A stretch of DNA of 64,000 bases from the human T2T-CHM13v2.0 reference genome, Homo sapiens: NCBI RefSeq assembly GCF_009914755.1, contig NC_060933.1; one strand, written 5' to 3'. Below, one piece after another: positions 1 to 15,061 of this stretch (positions are counted from its first letter, which is position 1; the number at the start of each line of letters is the position of its first letter). Position numbers and translations under genes: made by a program. The notes below the pieces were generated by a model, which worked only from the letters and a program-made list of their open reading frames with translations, did not search any database and was not told the DNA's origin.

Positions 1-179
1 AACACCTGTTTCTGAAATTTTTTTGCACTTTGCAAATCTGGTGGCATACAATATTACCTCATTTTGTATGTAATTTGCATTTAACTAATTACAGTATAAC
101 TAATTACAGTGGAATTTTATGTTCCCGCTTGTATTTTATTGTCCATTGGGGTTTTGTGGTACTAATCAGCCATACACTT

Positions 180-484
180 TGCTCATGTTTCCATGGAGCT
201 ATTTTCACATTGATTTTGAAGAGTTCTATACATATTCTGGACTTGCTTTATCAAAGAAAGCCACGAAGGTAAGAAAGAGAGAGAGAGAGAGTAATAAAAG
301 TCACAGCCTTTTGTAGTCTAATATTAGAATTAACAGTTCATCACTTTCACTATATTCTATTCATTACAATCAAGTCAATGTCCACACCTCTCAAGACACA
401 CACATACGTACACACAGGGGTACAGAGGCATGAATGAAAGGAGGCAGGGATCATTCAGAGACATTTCAGAACTTACCTCCCACA
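180..484 (-). mobile_element. Old MLT1-type MaLR LTR fragment
   Basis: Degenerate MLT1-like motifs (catcactttcactatattctatt ... gggatcatt ... cctcccaca); boundaries approximate. Confidence 0.4.
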
Positions 485-1537
485 CCTTACTTACAATTTC
501 TAGTTATCAAAGAGATAATCATCCCCTTGCATCCCTACTTGAAAATAGAAAGGAAAGGGAGAACAATTACGTCAACAATTCAATACAAACTTTTTTAACA
601 TAATGATTTCTAGTATCCCAACCTGGAGTCCTTCCATGGAATAGTTATAACTAGATGATGTGAGATAATAGAAATTTTCTTATGTTTATGTACTTTGCAC
701 TGATAATGGTTCATTCCATAGACAGGCTATGGTTTAAATGTTTATATAAAATCTTCAATCCCTCTCTTTACCTATGCTTCCTTAGAGCATCTCTCTACAA
801 GTGATTCTACGGTGCTGCCTAATTTATCGAGGCCTTTGGTAGTCCCATATTTGGTTATCAAATTATCCTGCCATGATAATACGGAATAAGGATATTACTT
901 TTCCATTATAACTCACGGCAACCAGGTGATGCTAAATCAAAAATTGTTTATTACTTTAGTTCTTTTGTTTTCCTTTTGGCAGATGTATATATTTATTCTT
1001 TTATTTTATTTTTTAGATAGATCTACTTGATTCTGAAGCACCATTAGATTCATGGTTGTATTTTATTCCTCACATTTCTATTTTAGGAAACTGGTAATCA
1101 AAGCTCTTGGGAGATACCTTTCTTCTTTGCACACCTACATTGATTAGCTGTTTCAGTTTTTATGTAAGCACAAAACTTAGGACATTAAGAGACTGTCAGC
1201 CACCAAAAGGTGTTATTTTAAGTTTCTTCTTTTATTTTTATCTAAGTAATAGTAAAAAACTCCCTTCACTTTCCTCTTAACCATCAGCCATGAAAGGTTG
1301 TTTCTTTTCTCTTTTGCCTTAAAGTCTCCAGAGTAGAGATTTTGTCCCTGCCTTAGGAATGGTTGATAAAAGAGATTTTCATCCATTGTGAATCTCTAAG
1401 GACATGACCTGTTCTCTGCTTCTATGGAACAAGGTGATTCAATTCTATCATTTACAGTCGAGGTGACTGACAATGGAAATTACAGTTTTCCTTTTTAGGG
1501 TAACTAAATGTTTGATTCTTTCCTTCTTCCTCTTTCT

Positions 1538-1682
1538 CTGTGTGGATGGTGTGTGTTCATGTATACACACATACACACACACATACATATATATGCATTA
1601 TATATATGCATACATGTGTGAAAGATAATATGTATATACAAAATCTATGTACATGCATATATATGTGTATATATATATACAC
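1538..1682. repeat. (TA)/(CA)/(TG) low-complexity simple repeat
   Basis: Alternating purine-pyrimidine dinucleotides. Confidence 0.8.
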
Positions 1683-1761
1683 TGTAATAAGAATGTATCA
1701 TTTCTCAGGACAAAATTAAGAAACTGAAAAACTATCAGGCAGAACACCGTATGCTTTCCAT

Positions 1762-2232
1762 CTTTTTTTCTTCTTTTTTTAGCTTTTAAGTTCAGGGGTA
1801 CAAGTGCAGCTTTGTTACGCAGGTAAACTTCTGTCATGGGCATTTGTTGTGCAGATTATTTTTTCACCCAGGTATTAAGCCTAGTACTCAGAAGTTATTT
1901 TTCTTGATCCTCTCTCCCCTCCTACCCTCCACCTTCTGATAGGCCCCAGTATGCGTTGTTCCCCTCTGTGTATCCATATGTTCTCATCATTTAGCTCCCA
2001 CTTATAAGTGAGACCATGTGGTATTTGTTTTTCTGTTCCTGTGTTAGATTGTTAGGTATAATGGCCTCCAGCTCCATCCATGTCCCTGCAAAAGATGTGC
2101 TTTCGTTGTTTTTTGTTTGTTTGTTTGTTTGTTTATTTTGTAGCTGCGTATTATTCCATGGTGCATATGTACCACATTTTCTTTATCCAGTCTATCATTG
2201 ATAGGCATTTAGGTTTATTCCATGTCTTTGCA
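1762..2232 (-). mobile_element. Older L1PA-type 3' end fragment
   Basis: Poly-T, then ttttaagttcaggggtacaagtgcag ... catttagctcccacttataagtgaga ...; typical antisense L1 3' UTR. Confidence 0.85.
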
Positions 2233-5200
2233 GCCTTCTTTTTGTAACTTATAAATGATCTCTGAGTAAATTGATGGCATAAGCCTTGCAGTGCCCTGTA
2301 CTCAGAAGCTTATTAAACCCATCTTCTTTTGCAGATGACCAAACCTTGAAGCAAGGATTTCCCGAAGATCTTCCCAGAAATCTGTTTTATGTTTATGTAA
2401 TAATAGGAATTCAAGTGTCTTGATTACATAGATTTCATCTTGGACACATCTAAATTTAAAAATAAATCTTTCTTGCACAGAGCCCACTTCTGGTTCCCTT
2501 AATTCACAGACTGAAGAAGATCTAATCAGCAAATTCATTGAACTGTAAGTTTAGATCTGAAACAACGCAAGCAGGGATGAACATGTAATTGTGAGATTGA
2601 GTCATTACTTCAGTATTAAAGTATGACTACCAAGCCTCTGGCAGCTTTCCTCTTTCTCAAAACATGCACAAATCCTTAGCAGCTTATCATTCAATGATCT
2701 TCCTGGGCCATGGTTTGGAAATCTAGAACCAGGTCATCAATACAATGATAACATCAACGTTATCATTACATAACACACAGAAATAATTTCCCTCTTTTAA
2801 TCACTGGCATGGGGAAACGAAAGAAATATTTCCCAGATATCTAAGCCCTTTTACTCTATGCCTATGTTTTCCTAGTATCTTAAAGCTCAAAACCTGTATT
2901 ATATATTTTACCTATCTGGGGGTACAAAGTAATAACCTAACTCCTTATGATATACTTAAATTTTATTCAACCTTCCATAAGGAAGAAAACACTGAAGCTT
3001 GATACTCCCCAAATGAACCTATTTTGTGAAATTATATTCAAAGTAGCAATAGTTTGTCTCTTTTCAGCTGTTTGCCGGAGCAAATTTAGAGAATGAAGTA
3101 TGTTACCTTGGACTGTCATGACTGATTCTTTGAAAAGGGCTAAACTTGCTGTAGTTGTGAGGATGACAGCAGGAACTCTGCCTAGACCTTCCACTCATTT
3201 TGCCATGTTTTCTGATACTGCAGTGACTATGGATACCTAAATTGTGCCTACCATTGCTCTGTCATTTCCAATAAGAGATAATGTACCCAAAGGAACTGTT
3301 TCTAGATATCTGAAATACCTGCAAAAAGGGCACCATGACATCTTACTTTTAACACAACAATTCTAAATTACGGATTTAACAAAGATATTCTACAAATGTG
3401 AAAAAGGAGATTGAAAACAGCTTGTTTGAAGGAAACAATGAGAAAAAATCAACAAATAACTGTCTTTTATGTTCAAATATTTCAATACTTTTTTACAAAA
3501 GTATTACAATATGTTGTCATAGTCTATTCTCTTGTATATCACACTCAACACCACCAAACTATAAGTTCTGGAGTACAGGGATAATGTCTTATTCACTCTT
3601 GAATTTGCAGACATTAGCAAGACACAAATGCTTAATCCATGGTCAATAAATAATGGCTAAATAAATTCATACGTATGTGTATAATTCATCTTCCTTTACT
3701 TCCTCTTTTTATATAATACCAAAAGTTTCTGTCAAGCATGCCATTTTACTTCATTTGTAATTCTATCATTTTACATTACTTTTGTATTGACTCTCCCAGT
3801 CAATCTAAGAATGGTTTACGTTCTGTTTAAGCCTAAAATGATATAAGTTAGATAAGAATTTTTAGTCATTTCTCTAGTTTGTCTTCTTTGGACAAGTGGG
3901 GAAGAGCATTTTGTTATAAACGACATTCAACATTTTACTTCCAAACTGCCAAATAAATTAATAAATAAATATCCTAGAACATTTTTTATAAGCTAAGCAC
4001 TAGCTAAGTGCATTCTTTATGTAAAAATATATTTAATTCTCACAACCATCATATGCAGTAGATATAATTAACAATTATTCAAAGTTATAATCATAGGTGT
4101 AGGAAACTTTTAAATTATATACTTGTGCATAAGCAATTTATATACATTTTTAGATATATACCAGTTATAAACAGATTCTGGCTTCATACACTTTCACACA
4201 TATATAAGCAAAAACACTGATTCTCCTGTAAACATCAGCACCTGGGTACATCATAAATAAGAATCTTACCCCCTCAGGAATTAAAGAAACCTCAGCATAG
4301 CAGCATAGAGATCTGTGGCCATATGTACTCTACCAAAAGTCTGCATTTAATTTATAAATAAATGACCCATATTATTTACATGCTACAAAATGGGAAGGAA
4401 ATCTTCCATTTTATAGGCAATTATGTTATAATAGAAAAGATTTTATAGCCATCTTGAAAGAAACAAATGCATAAAAATAATTGCTCATATATATTTTTAA
4501 AAACTGAACAGCTTCTATCTTTCAGAAATGTTGCAAGATAATGGTTAAGATTACCTGATATTATGAGATATTTTTATTGTTTTTCATAGTTATTAGAAAA
4601 TAAATATATATCCAGGTACATATTTTACTACAACTATTCTTTCAGGCTGAATATCATTACAAAGAAATTTCAGAACAGTTTTAGCTGAGATTAGGAATTT
4701 GATAAATCATCACTAATCAATTTAATTCGGTTATCTGGGTATCTCGCCTCATTTTTAAAACAAGATTTTATTGGATCAGTGGTTTTATGATTTTATTTTA
4801 ACAAATTATAATTGTATATGTTTGTGAAGTACAAAGTGATGCTGTGATATATGTATATAATGTGGAATCATTGAATCAAGCTAATTAACTATCCATCATC
4901 TCAAATACTTACCATTTATTTTTCCTGTTTAAATGAAACATTGCACCCTTTGACCAACATCTTCCAATTCACTCCAACTCCCAGACTCTGGTAATCAACA
5001 CTATTTTCTGCTTCTAAGAGTTTTATTGCTTTAGATTGTACATATAAATGTGAACACATGGTATTTGTCTTTCTGTGCAGAACTTAATTTCCTTAGCATA
5101 ATGTCCTCCAGGTACATGCTTGTTGTGGCAAATGACAACATTTCCTTTGGGTATATTTACCTAGTGTGTGCTTGTTCGATCAAATGTTAATTTTTTTAAA

Positions 5201-5720
5201 ACTTATTTGAGGAAAATCTCCATACAGTTGTCCATAGTGACTGTACCAGTTTACATTCCCAATGGCTGTGTACAGGGTTGCCTTTCCTCCACAACCTTAT
5301 TAACGTTTCTTATCTTTTTGATAATGGCCATTCTGACAGGTGTTAGGTGACAAATTATTGTGGGTTTAATTTGCATTTTTCTAAATGACTAGTGATGTTA
5401 AAGGGAGCACAGCCTCTCAAATTTCAACTGGGCAATTCTAAATTATTAGATGTACTTGATTGATATCTGTTAGCCACTTGTACATCATTTTGTGAATTAT
5501 ATCATAGATCCGTTAGCCATTTGTGTGTTTTCTTTTAAGAAATGCCTATTAAGGTCATTAGCTCATTTTAAAATTGGGTTGTTTTATTGGTATTGAGTTA
5601 TTATATATCAGACATTAACCCCTTATCACATTTTTTGGTTGACAAATATTTTCTTCTCTCACTCTTTAGGTTGTCTTTTAATTTATTAATTGTTTTCCTT
5701 CCTGTGCAGAAGCTTTTTAG

Positions 5721-6326
<606 letters not shown>

Positions 6327-6821
6327 TATTTGCTTAATTCTTTAATCTATTTTAAGTTAATTTTTGTATATTGTTTGAGATAAGGGTCCAGTTTTTTTTT
6401 CTTCTACCTGTGGCTACTCAATTTTCCCAAAATCCTTTATTGAAGAGATTGTTCTTTTTCCATTGGATCATCTTGGCATAATGGACCATTAAAAGAAGTG
6501 GTTTTTGTACTCTCTAGTCTCTTCATTGCACAATGTGTTTTTATGCCAGTCCTATACCGTTTTAATTACAATAGCATTGTAATATAGTTTGAAATGAGAT
6601 AGCGTGATGCTTCCAGCTTTGCTTTGGTTTGAGAAGGATTGGTATTAGTTCTTCTGTAAATGTATTGTATTCACCAAGGAAGCCATCAGTTTTTGGGTTT
6701 TTCTTTGATGAGATACTTTTTATTACTGAGTCAACATTTTTGCTCATTAGTCTGTTTCTATTTTCTATTTTTTATGATTCGGTCTTGGTAGATTTTATAT
6801 GTCTGGGAATTTATTCCCTTC

Positions 6822-8380
6822 TGTTACAGGATGCCTGGGGTGTCACTTCACCAGCCGGAAACTCCTTTGGCCAGTGGAACCTTCAGCTTGAGTATTTATT
6901 GTGTCCACTGGGCTTGTTCCACCAATTCGGTGTGGCACGTTGCGCTTGGCTCATGCTACTGGCCTGGATCCCACACCTACCAAGGACGAGCCAGGTACCC
7001 AGGAGCAAGGGGTGTGTGAGTGAGGGAGCGTGGGGTCTGGCCACTGCACAGAGGCAGGTATGCTGGCTGCTGCGGTGGGGAAGGCAGCTCCAAGCACTGG
7101 CACAGGCACTGGCTCCATGTGAGGCTGCAGCTGGACCAGATGTATAGCAAACAGCTTCCGCTGTGGGCACCAGCATCTGGACAAGGGGAATGTGGTGGCA
7201 CCTGAATGCTTAGAGAGACTAGAAACTGCAGAGCCCCAAAGAGGGTGTTAAAGCCCTGGCTTGGAGAGCCCATAGGTCTGGACTCCCCAGAGGGCCTCAG
7301 CTCTTCTCTCTTTCTTATTGGCTGCAATGTGGTGAACAGAGAGGGGTATCTCAGCCCTGTTTGTATTACAGCTCTCTCAGTTCTGCCAATCGGCTGGTCC
7401 CAAGTTATTTTCCTGCATCCAAAAAGAATGAGGTACATGGAAAATTGGAGGGTGAGCAAGGCAGAGAGGATCTTCATTGAGTGACAGAAAAGCTCTCAGG
7501 GGACCTGCACTGGGTAGCTCCTTTCCACAGGAGGTCATCCTGATGAGTGTCCAGCTCTCAGTGGAGAGGAGACCCAGAGTGGGTAGCTGCTTTCCTCAGG
7601 CAGGTCATCCTAACGAAGGAGACCCAAATTGGGTAGCTGCTTCTTTCAGCTGGTAGTCCTGATGTCTGTGTACATCTGGCGGGGTCTGGGTATTTTTTAT
7701 AGGCTCAGCAGGGAGGAAGTGCATGCTGATTGGTCCATGGGTGGCCATGGGTAGGATTAGAAAAAGCACCATAATTTCTCACTTCTCACTCCAGGCCATG
7801 ACTCCACCTGGAAATGCCTGGCCCTCATGCATCAGGTCTTTCCTGGCTTGAAGGTGGAGCTTCACAAGGGACCTGCCCCTGTCTGCCCAGGAGCCTGTCT
7901 GTCTCCCACCACCATCAGTAATGTTGTCCACAGCAGCCAGGCTGTTCCTGCCAAGAGGCACCTGAAGGCCCATACCAAGCCCCCCTCCCCCCTCAGCCTC
8001 ACTCTCATATTTGTCAGCACCCAAAGTCTGGAGGGGGCCAAGGTGGCAGGGGGATGACATATCAGTGTTGCCCTAAGTACACGCACACCCAGACGGGTCA
8101 TGACAGTGCCCTGGCTCAGCCTCAACCTTGTTCCAAAATCAGAGCAGGCACCAAGAGCAAGGAGAGGCCATGGAGTGGGAGCAGGCACTTCTGAGTCTGT
8201 GGGGGGAGGTGGGCTTCTCAGGACCCAGGGAGGACAGGGATGCCTGGGTCTGCAGCTGCAACTGGGTGCCTGCAGCTCCCACCTGATCCCAGCTCCCGCT
8301 GGCTCCATGAAGAGTGCAGCCCCAGCTGGGTCTCCCCATAGAAGCTGGTGGCCTCTCCAGTCAGGCTGCTGCTGCCGTCA
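6822..8380 (-). mobile_element. MER52 (ERV1-class) solo LTR, ~1.56 kb, 4-bp TSD CTTC
   Basis: TG...CA termini (tgttacag ... gccgtca) flanked by cttc at 6818-6821 and 8381-8384; GC-rich; the reverse complement begins tgacggcagcagcagcc like MER52A. Confidence 0.85.
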
Positions 8381-8876
8381 CTTCTACGAGGTTATCCAAT
8401 TTGTTGGCATATAATTATTCATAGGAAAGTTTAAGATATTTTATATTTCTGTGATAACAGCTATAATTTATTTTCCTTCATTTCTCTGATTTTTGGAGTC
8501 TTCTCTTTTATTCTTATTCTAGTTAAAGGGTTGTCAATTTTGTCTATCCTTTCGAAAAACCAATTCTTGCATTCATTGGGTTTTCTCTTGTTTTGTTGCC
8601 TCTATTTCATTTATTTCTTCTCTGACCTTTATTATTTCCTTCCATCTTCCAACTTTGAGTTTAGTTTGTTCTTCTATTTCTACTTCCTTGAGGTATACAA
8701 TTCAGTTGTTTATTTGAGATCTTTCTTCTTTTTGATATAGCATGTATTCCTATAAAATTCCCTCTGAGGACTTTGCTACAACCCATAAGTTTTGGTATGT
8801 TGTACTTCCATTTTCATTTGTCACAAGATTTATTTTTTAATTTCATTTTTGCTTTTTTTTTCAATGCCTGAACTAC

Positions 8877-9319
8877 TTTTTCTTTTATATGTATATATAC
8901 TTTAAGTTCTGGGATTCATGTGCAGAACGTGCAGGTTTATTACATAGGTATACACATGTCATGGTTGTTTCCTGGACCCATCAACCTGTCATCTACATTA
9001 GGTATTTCTCCTAATGCTATCCCTCCCCTAGCCCCCCACCTCTTGATAGGCCCTGCTGTGTGATATTCCCCTCCCTGTGTCCGTGTGTTCTCATTGGTCA
9101 ACTCCCACTTATGATTGAGAACTTGTGGCGTTTGGTTTTCTGTTCCTGTGTTAGTTTGCTGACAATGATGGTTTCCAGCTTCATCCACATCCCTGCAAAG
9201 GCCATGAACTCATCCTTTTTTATGGTTGCATAGTATTCCATGGTGTGTATGTGCCACAGTTTCTTTATTCAGTCTATCATTGATGGGCATTTCGGTTGGT
9301 TCCAAGTCTTTGCTATTGT
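8877..9319 (-). mobile_element. L1PA (mid-age) 3' end nested in the older L1
   Basis: tactttaagttctggga ... tgcagaacgtgcagg ... ccctcccctagccccccacc; antisense L1PA 3' UTR. Confidence 0.85.
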
Positions 9320-9859
9320 ATCTGAGTCATTGGTTGTTCAGGCTTAATTTCCACATATTTGTGATTTTTGAAAGATTTCTGCTGTTGTTAATTTCTAGTT
9401 TTATGATATTTTGATCAGAAAAGATAGTTGATATGATTTCAGTTCTCTTGATGTGGTCAGACTTGTTTTGTGGCCTAATATGTGATCTATCTTAGAGAAT
9501 GTTCCATGTGTGTTTGACAAGAAAATACATTCTGTTACTATTTGGTGGAATGTTCTGTATGTCTGTTGGATCCATTTGGTCTAAATTACCATTTAAGTCC
9601 AATGTTTTCTTATTAATTTTCTGTCTAAGTGATCTACCTTTTCTTGAAAGTGGAGTATTGGTGTCCTCTACCATAATTTTATTGTAATTTATGTCTTCCT
9701 TAAGATCCCCTAATATTTATATATTTAGAGGCTCCAATGTCTTGTATATATATATTTACAATTGTTTTAACTTCTTAATGAATTAACACCTTTATCATTA
9801 TAAAGAGACCCCTTTGTCTGTCTTTATGATTTTTTACTTAAAGTCTATTTTCTCTAAGT

Positions 9860-10255
9860 TGCTATGGTTTAAATGTGTCTACTCAAAAATCCAGTTGTTA
9901 AAACTTAACACCTGATGTGATAGTATTTAGAGGTAAGATTTTAAGAGTAATTAGGTCATCATAGCTCTTCACCTCGTGAATGAGATTAGATGCTCTTATA
10001 AAAAAACCTGATGGAGGCAATTTATCCCTTTTTGCCTTTCACATTCTGCCATGTGAAAACACAGGGTTTCTTCCCTCTGGAGGATGCTGCATCAAGGTAC
10101 CATCTTGGAAACAGAGAACAACTCTCACCAGATAAAGAAAAGTGCTGGCATCTCAATCTCAGACTTCTCTAGAACAGTAAAACAACAAAAAAATGTTCTT
10201 TATATATTACCTGATCTTGGGTATTTTGTTACTGTGCCACAAACAGACTAAGATG
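9860..10255 (+). mobile_element. MST-type MaLR solo LTR, 5-bp TSD TAAGT
   Basis: tgctatggtttaaatgtgt ... aaacagactaaga; taagt at 9855-9859 and 10256-10260. Confidence 0.85.
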
Positions 10256-13200
10256 TAAGTGTAGCTACCCCTGTTATCTTTTGGTTTTCTTTACAAACAT
10301 TAAAATTAGATCTCTTCATAGTGTTCCGTAATTCCCAAAGACTTTCTTCTTTCCTTTCCATTCTGTTTTCTTTCTATTCCTCTGACTTGATAATATTAGT
10401 CTGTCTTAAAGCTCCTAAGTATTTTTTCTGCTTGTTTGAGCCAGCTGTTGAAGCTTTCAAGTGCATTTTTCTGTTCCATCATTGTATTCTTCATCTCTAG
10501 ATTTTTTATTGTTTTTATTGTTTCTTTGTCAAATTTCTTATTTCTTTAACAATAGATTTAATTTTGTATCTGTATATTCTTGTATTTCATTGAACTTCTT
10601 TAGGAGAATTATTACAAATTATTTGTCAGTCTTTTCATATATCTCCATTTCTTTAGGATTCATTATTGAAGCTTTATTAGTTTCTTTTAGAGGTGTCATT
10701 ATTCCCTGATTCTTCATAATCCTTATGTCTTTTTGTTGCTCTCCACACATTTGAGCAGACAGCCACCTTTTCCACCTTTTCCTGTTCTTGGGCAGGATTA
10801 GACCTTCGCTTACATAGTCTAGCTTGTGGTTCTAGATGGACCAGCTGGTACCAATCTCAGGCAAGCAGAGTTTGCTTTCTGATTCTCTGGATTACTGGGC
10901 CACTGCCTTGGCTCTGAGTTTGGATGGCATTGTTTGCTGGCTTCCACTGTCTGATGAGAATACTGGATGTGTTCTGCAATCTGGCCAAGCTGCTGGCTGG
11001 GCACTGTGATTGCCTCTGTTCAGGCCAGGCCACAGAGTATATTTCCAGGCCATGTGGTACTGCTTTTTGAGTTCTACAGTTAGACAGGGTTGCAGGCTGG
11101 GCCTCAAGGTTGGGTGGAGTCACTGGTTAGGACAGATAAGACTAGCTTCTATGTTTGGTAGAAATGGAAATTGGAAGTTTGCCTCCCTGCCTGGGTTGGC
11201 CCTCAAGGTGGGCTTTGGAGGTGAACAGAGTTGTTTAAACTCCTAGGTAGGGCAGGTCTAGCCCCTGTGCTCTGTTAAAAAAAAAAAAAATGCACTGTGG
11301 TAGGCATCTCTCCCTCGGCTAGGCATTGTAGTAGGATCTGAGCTTAGGCGTGGACACTGGCTGTCTAGATATTCAAACAGGTGGAGTTTTCCATTGTTTG
11401 TGGGAGCCACTAGTTTGGTTTTGCAGGTGAGCTCTGCCTTTAACTGATACCTCTAACTGGACACTACCACTGGCAGATACATAGAGCTTCCACTAAGATA
11501 CATGCACTAGTCACTGTGAGTTCCACAACTTTGCTTTGTTTCTACTTGACCCCAAACAGCCTAACTGTGTTGTTACCCACTGTATTATTCATGAGTGGAG
11601 ACAGGAATGGACTTAATAGGAAGCATCTCTGAATATTAGGGAAGCTGAATTTCACTTCTAGTTCTCTTTTCCCACTATAGAAACTGTGCGCTCAGGAGAA
11701 TCATCTCTGTATGGTGCCGTGTCAGCCTGGGGGAGGGGAGGAGTGACGTGGTCATAGTGCATACTTCCATTGTACCCTTCTATTGTGGTTTATGCACACA
11801 CAATATTTTCCACATCAATTAAGTTATAATTATCTAAAAGCTCTTACATGGATTAATCTCTTATTGGAATGAAAAATGTAGGCCAAGAAACAACTGACTG
11901 TATGTGTTCTAATTGTTTTACCAGCTTTGAGTGTTTTGAAGTTCCTAAAGAAGCCTAAGTAGGAGACTGATGTCAGATAAAGCCATTGATGATAATAAAA
12001 GTAATAAAAATCAAAGAAGGAAAAATACAATTGTAGCTGAAATGGGATTTGGTTGACTTAAATTGAGAGGTGATGAAAATGTAGCTGAGTTGAAGGAATT
12101 GTACATGAGGTCCTAGGAAGGTAGACTGATGAGGAAGATGGCAGAGTATTAGTGTGAAGATGTTTATATTTCATTCTATTTCATTTAAGGTTTTCTGTAT
12201 GAGAGACTATGAAGCTTACTATTTAGTATCTTTTCAATTCTTCTAACAGAAAAATATTTCAAATGAAATTCAAACCATATTATCTTAAAAATAAAATTAT
12301 AGTTCTCAAGTTGAAATAGCAATGAAATATTAGAAACACATTTGCTTGATCTTTCCCTTGTCTCATAGTAGTGAAATATGAGCCATCATAGGTTAAAAAA
12401 AAACTTAGAATTAAATATATCTAAATTTCTTCCAGTTAAACAGGACCTATGATCCCTAGTTATTTTTTTTACTATATTGTTATATTTGTTACATTATTTT
12501 TACCTTATAATGCATCCCCCTTCTTAGTTATGGGAAGAGAGAAAACAACAATGTTATTTGGTCAATTTATTAAGGCATTCCAATGCATCAAGAGCATTTC
12601 ACCAAATAAGGTGAAAATAACACACCAGAAGGCCATGGTTAACTCACTTCTTGGTAGCACCAACTCAGTGGAGGGTAGATATGGAAAGCTATTCACTGAG
12701 GGGACATCACTCTTAGACTACGATTATTTGAGAGACTTAACTACTTTGGCATGATCTGGGATAAGTGACTGATATTCCTAAAAACTATTTTGAAATACAT
12801 CATTTGTTTTCAATCACGTGACAATGCTGGATTTTGAGAGAATATTTTCCCATCTTAACCAGTGTTTATTCCAAGTATAACAATTAACAACACTTATAAA
12901 AGCCTGTGAATAGAATTGAATAAGCACAGTACATTATTTACCAAGTCTAATTGTAAGTTATGAGCTATGGATAGCTAATGGAGAGAAATGACATGAAATC
13001 ACTATGTGGGAATAGAGTTGATGTCACAGTGGAAAGCTGTTTTATAATTGCTATAATCTTTTTAGGATATATGTTTATATGTGAGATTCTTGATTAAAAC
13101 TCTATGGTATAACTTCTTTTATTATATTCTGAGAATATAACTTATTTTTCAATGTTCCTAGAGAAAATTGCTCATTTCATCGGGTATGTATTATATTAAC

Positions 13201-14749
13201 TAATTCTGGAAACATAAATAAAGCTGTTAATAATTGCAGTAAAACGACCAAAAAAGTATTTTGTAAGTTCCTTAGACCTGAATTCTCTTTTCAGCTGTTA
13301 ATATATGTTATTTTAAACATAATTGCAGGTGGTTATAATTTTGTCATTTTTGTTTTTCTTCAAAAAATTACTCAGCAAGTGCATAGGAATTGTAGTTTTT
13401 CATAAAAAGGCAAGATAAGTGTTTAGTTTATTTTCCTATTTAATAGTAATTTCGAAAACAAGGAATTGACATGATACTTCTTTAATGTTTTTCTCATTTT
13501 TATTTAGTTAATGTAACAATAATTATAGCGATTCTTCTTGGTCCTCAGCATATCACACATTAGCCAGTGTATGCCTACTCACTAGATAACTCCAGTGTCT
13601 TTTTGTTAGGCCCTATTAGGCATTCAACATTCTTATTTTCTAATGAATCAGAATGTTGCAGGCATACCATTAATTCATCCTATGCAGACCTGAGATTATT
13701 CATTTTTTTCAAATTACTAATAACATTTCTCAAATAACAAAAATTCTCAAATATTATTTTCCATCAGTGATCCACTTCTAAATTCTAACTCTAGAAAATC
13801 CTTTTAACTCTACTTTCATATGTATTATTTTTAATAGATAAGCCAAATAAATCCTAAAACCGAGGCAACTTTCATTTAATTTTATTGACTAACTGAAAGC
13901 ATTTTACCCAAATTCTGTGTTTAAAATATATGAAAATGTAGGAAAATACACACTTTTATTAACTTTCAGATGTGAAATGGACTTGAATAAAGTGGCATAT
14001 ACAGATGAGAATTCAGTAGTAGTTAAAAGGTTATGAATTCAGGGCTAAGTCTATTTTCTGCTGCTGTAACAGAACACCTGAAACTGGGTAATTTATAATA
14101 AAAAGAAATTTATTGACTTAAACACTTCTGGAAGCTGGAAAATTCAATATTAAGGGAACAACTTCTGTCCAGGGCCTTCTTGCTGCATGATTACATGGTG
14201 GAAGTGCAGAAAGGCAAAGAGAAAGGCAAGAAAGAGAACAGGATAGGGCTAAGTACACCCTTTTATAACAGCACCAATCTCACCTCTAAGAGTGAAGCCC
14301 TCATAGCCTTATTACCTCTTAAAAGTTCTGCCTCTTAAATACTATTAGAATAGCAATTAAGTTTTAACATGGGTTTTTGAGGGGGGCAAAAATTCAAACC
14401 ATATTATTCTGACCCTGGCACCCCCAAAATTCATGTCCTTTTCATGTACAAAAGACATTCATTCCATCCCAAAAGTCTGAGTTCAATCCAGGATCAACTC
14501 AAAAGTATAAAATCCAGAGTCTCATCTAAATCTGATATGGGTGTGACTCAAGGTGTGACTCATCCTAAGGTGAACTTTTCTCCAGCTGTGAGACTATGAA
14601 ATCAAACAAGTTCTTTACTTTTAAACTGCAGTGATGTGACTGACACAGGGCAGATACTTCCATTTCAAAAGGGATAAATAAGCAAAAAGAAAGAGATAAC
14701 TTGTCCCAAGTAAGTCCAAAACCCAACAGAGCACGCTACATTAAATCTT

Positions 14750-15061
14750 TTTGTCTTTTTGTTTTCTGTTTTTTTGAGACAGAGTCTCACTCTATTATTG
14801 AGGACAGAGTGCACTGGTGTAATCATGGCTCATTGCAGCCTCAACCTCCCAATGCCCAAGGAATCTTCCTACCTCAGCCTCCCAAGCAGCTGGGGCCATA
14901 GGCATGTGCCACCATATCCAGTTAATATTTAATTTTTATTTTTTTGTCAAGACAGAGTTTCCCTATGTTGCTCAGGCTGGTCTCAAACTGGGCTTAACTG
15001 ATCCTTCTGCTTCAGCCTCCCAAAGTGCTGGGATTACAGGCGTAAACCACCACATCTGGCC
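14750..15061 (-). mobile_element. AluJ-like element
   Basis: gagacagagtctcactc ... cccaaagtgctgggattacaggcgtaaaccacc; flanked by attaaatctt direct repeats. Confidence 0.9.

Noticed and set aside
2335-2544. Exon-like segment (cttcttttgcag| ... aact|gtaagt)
   Set aside because: Good splice motifs but no convincing open frame or partner exons; such pairs occur by chance. Transcript evidence would be needed.
6629-8414. Cluster of overlapping 60-170 aa ORFs in a GC-rich block resembling a gene or CpG island
   Set aside because: Lies essentially within the MER52 LTR bounded by TG...CA and a 4-bp TSD; GC richness simply lowers stop frequency.
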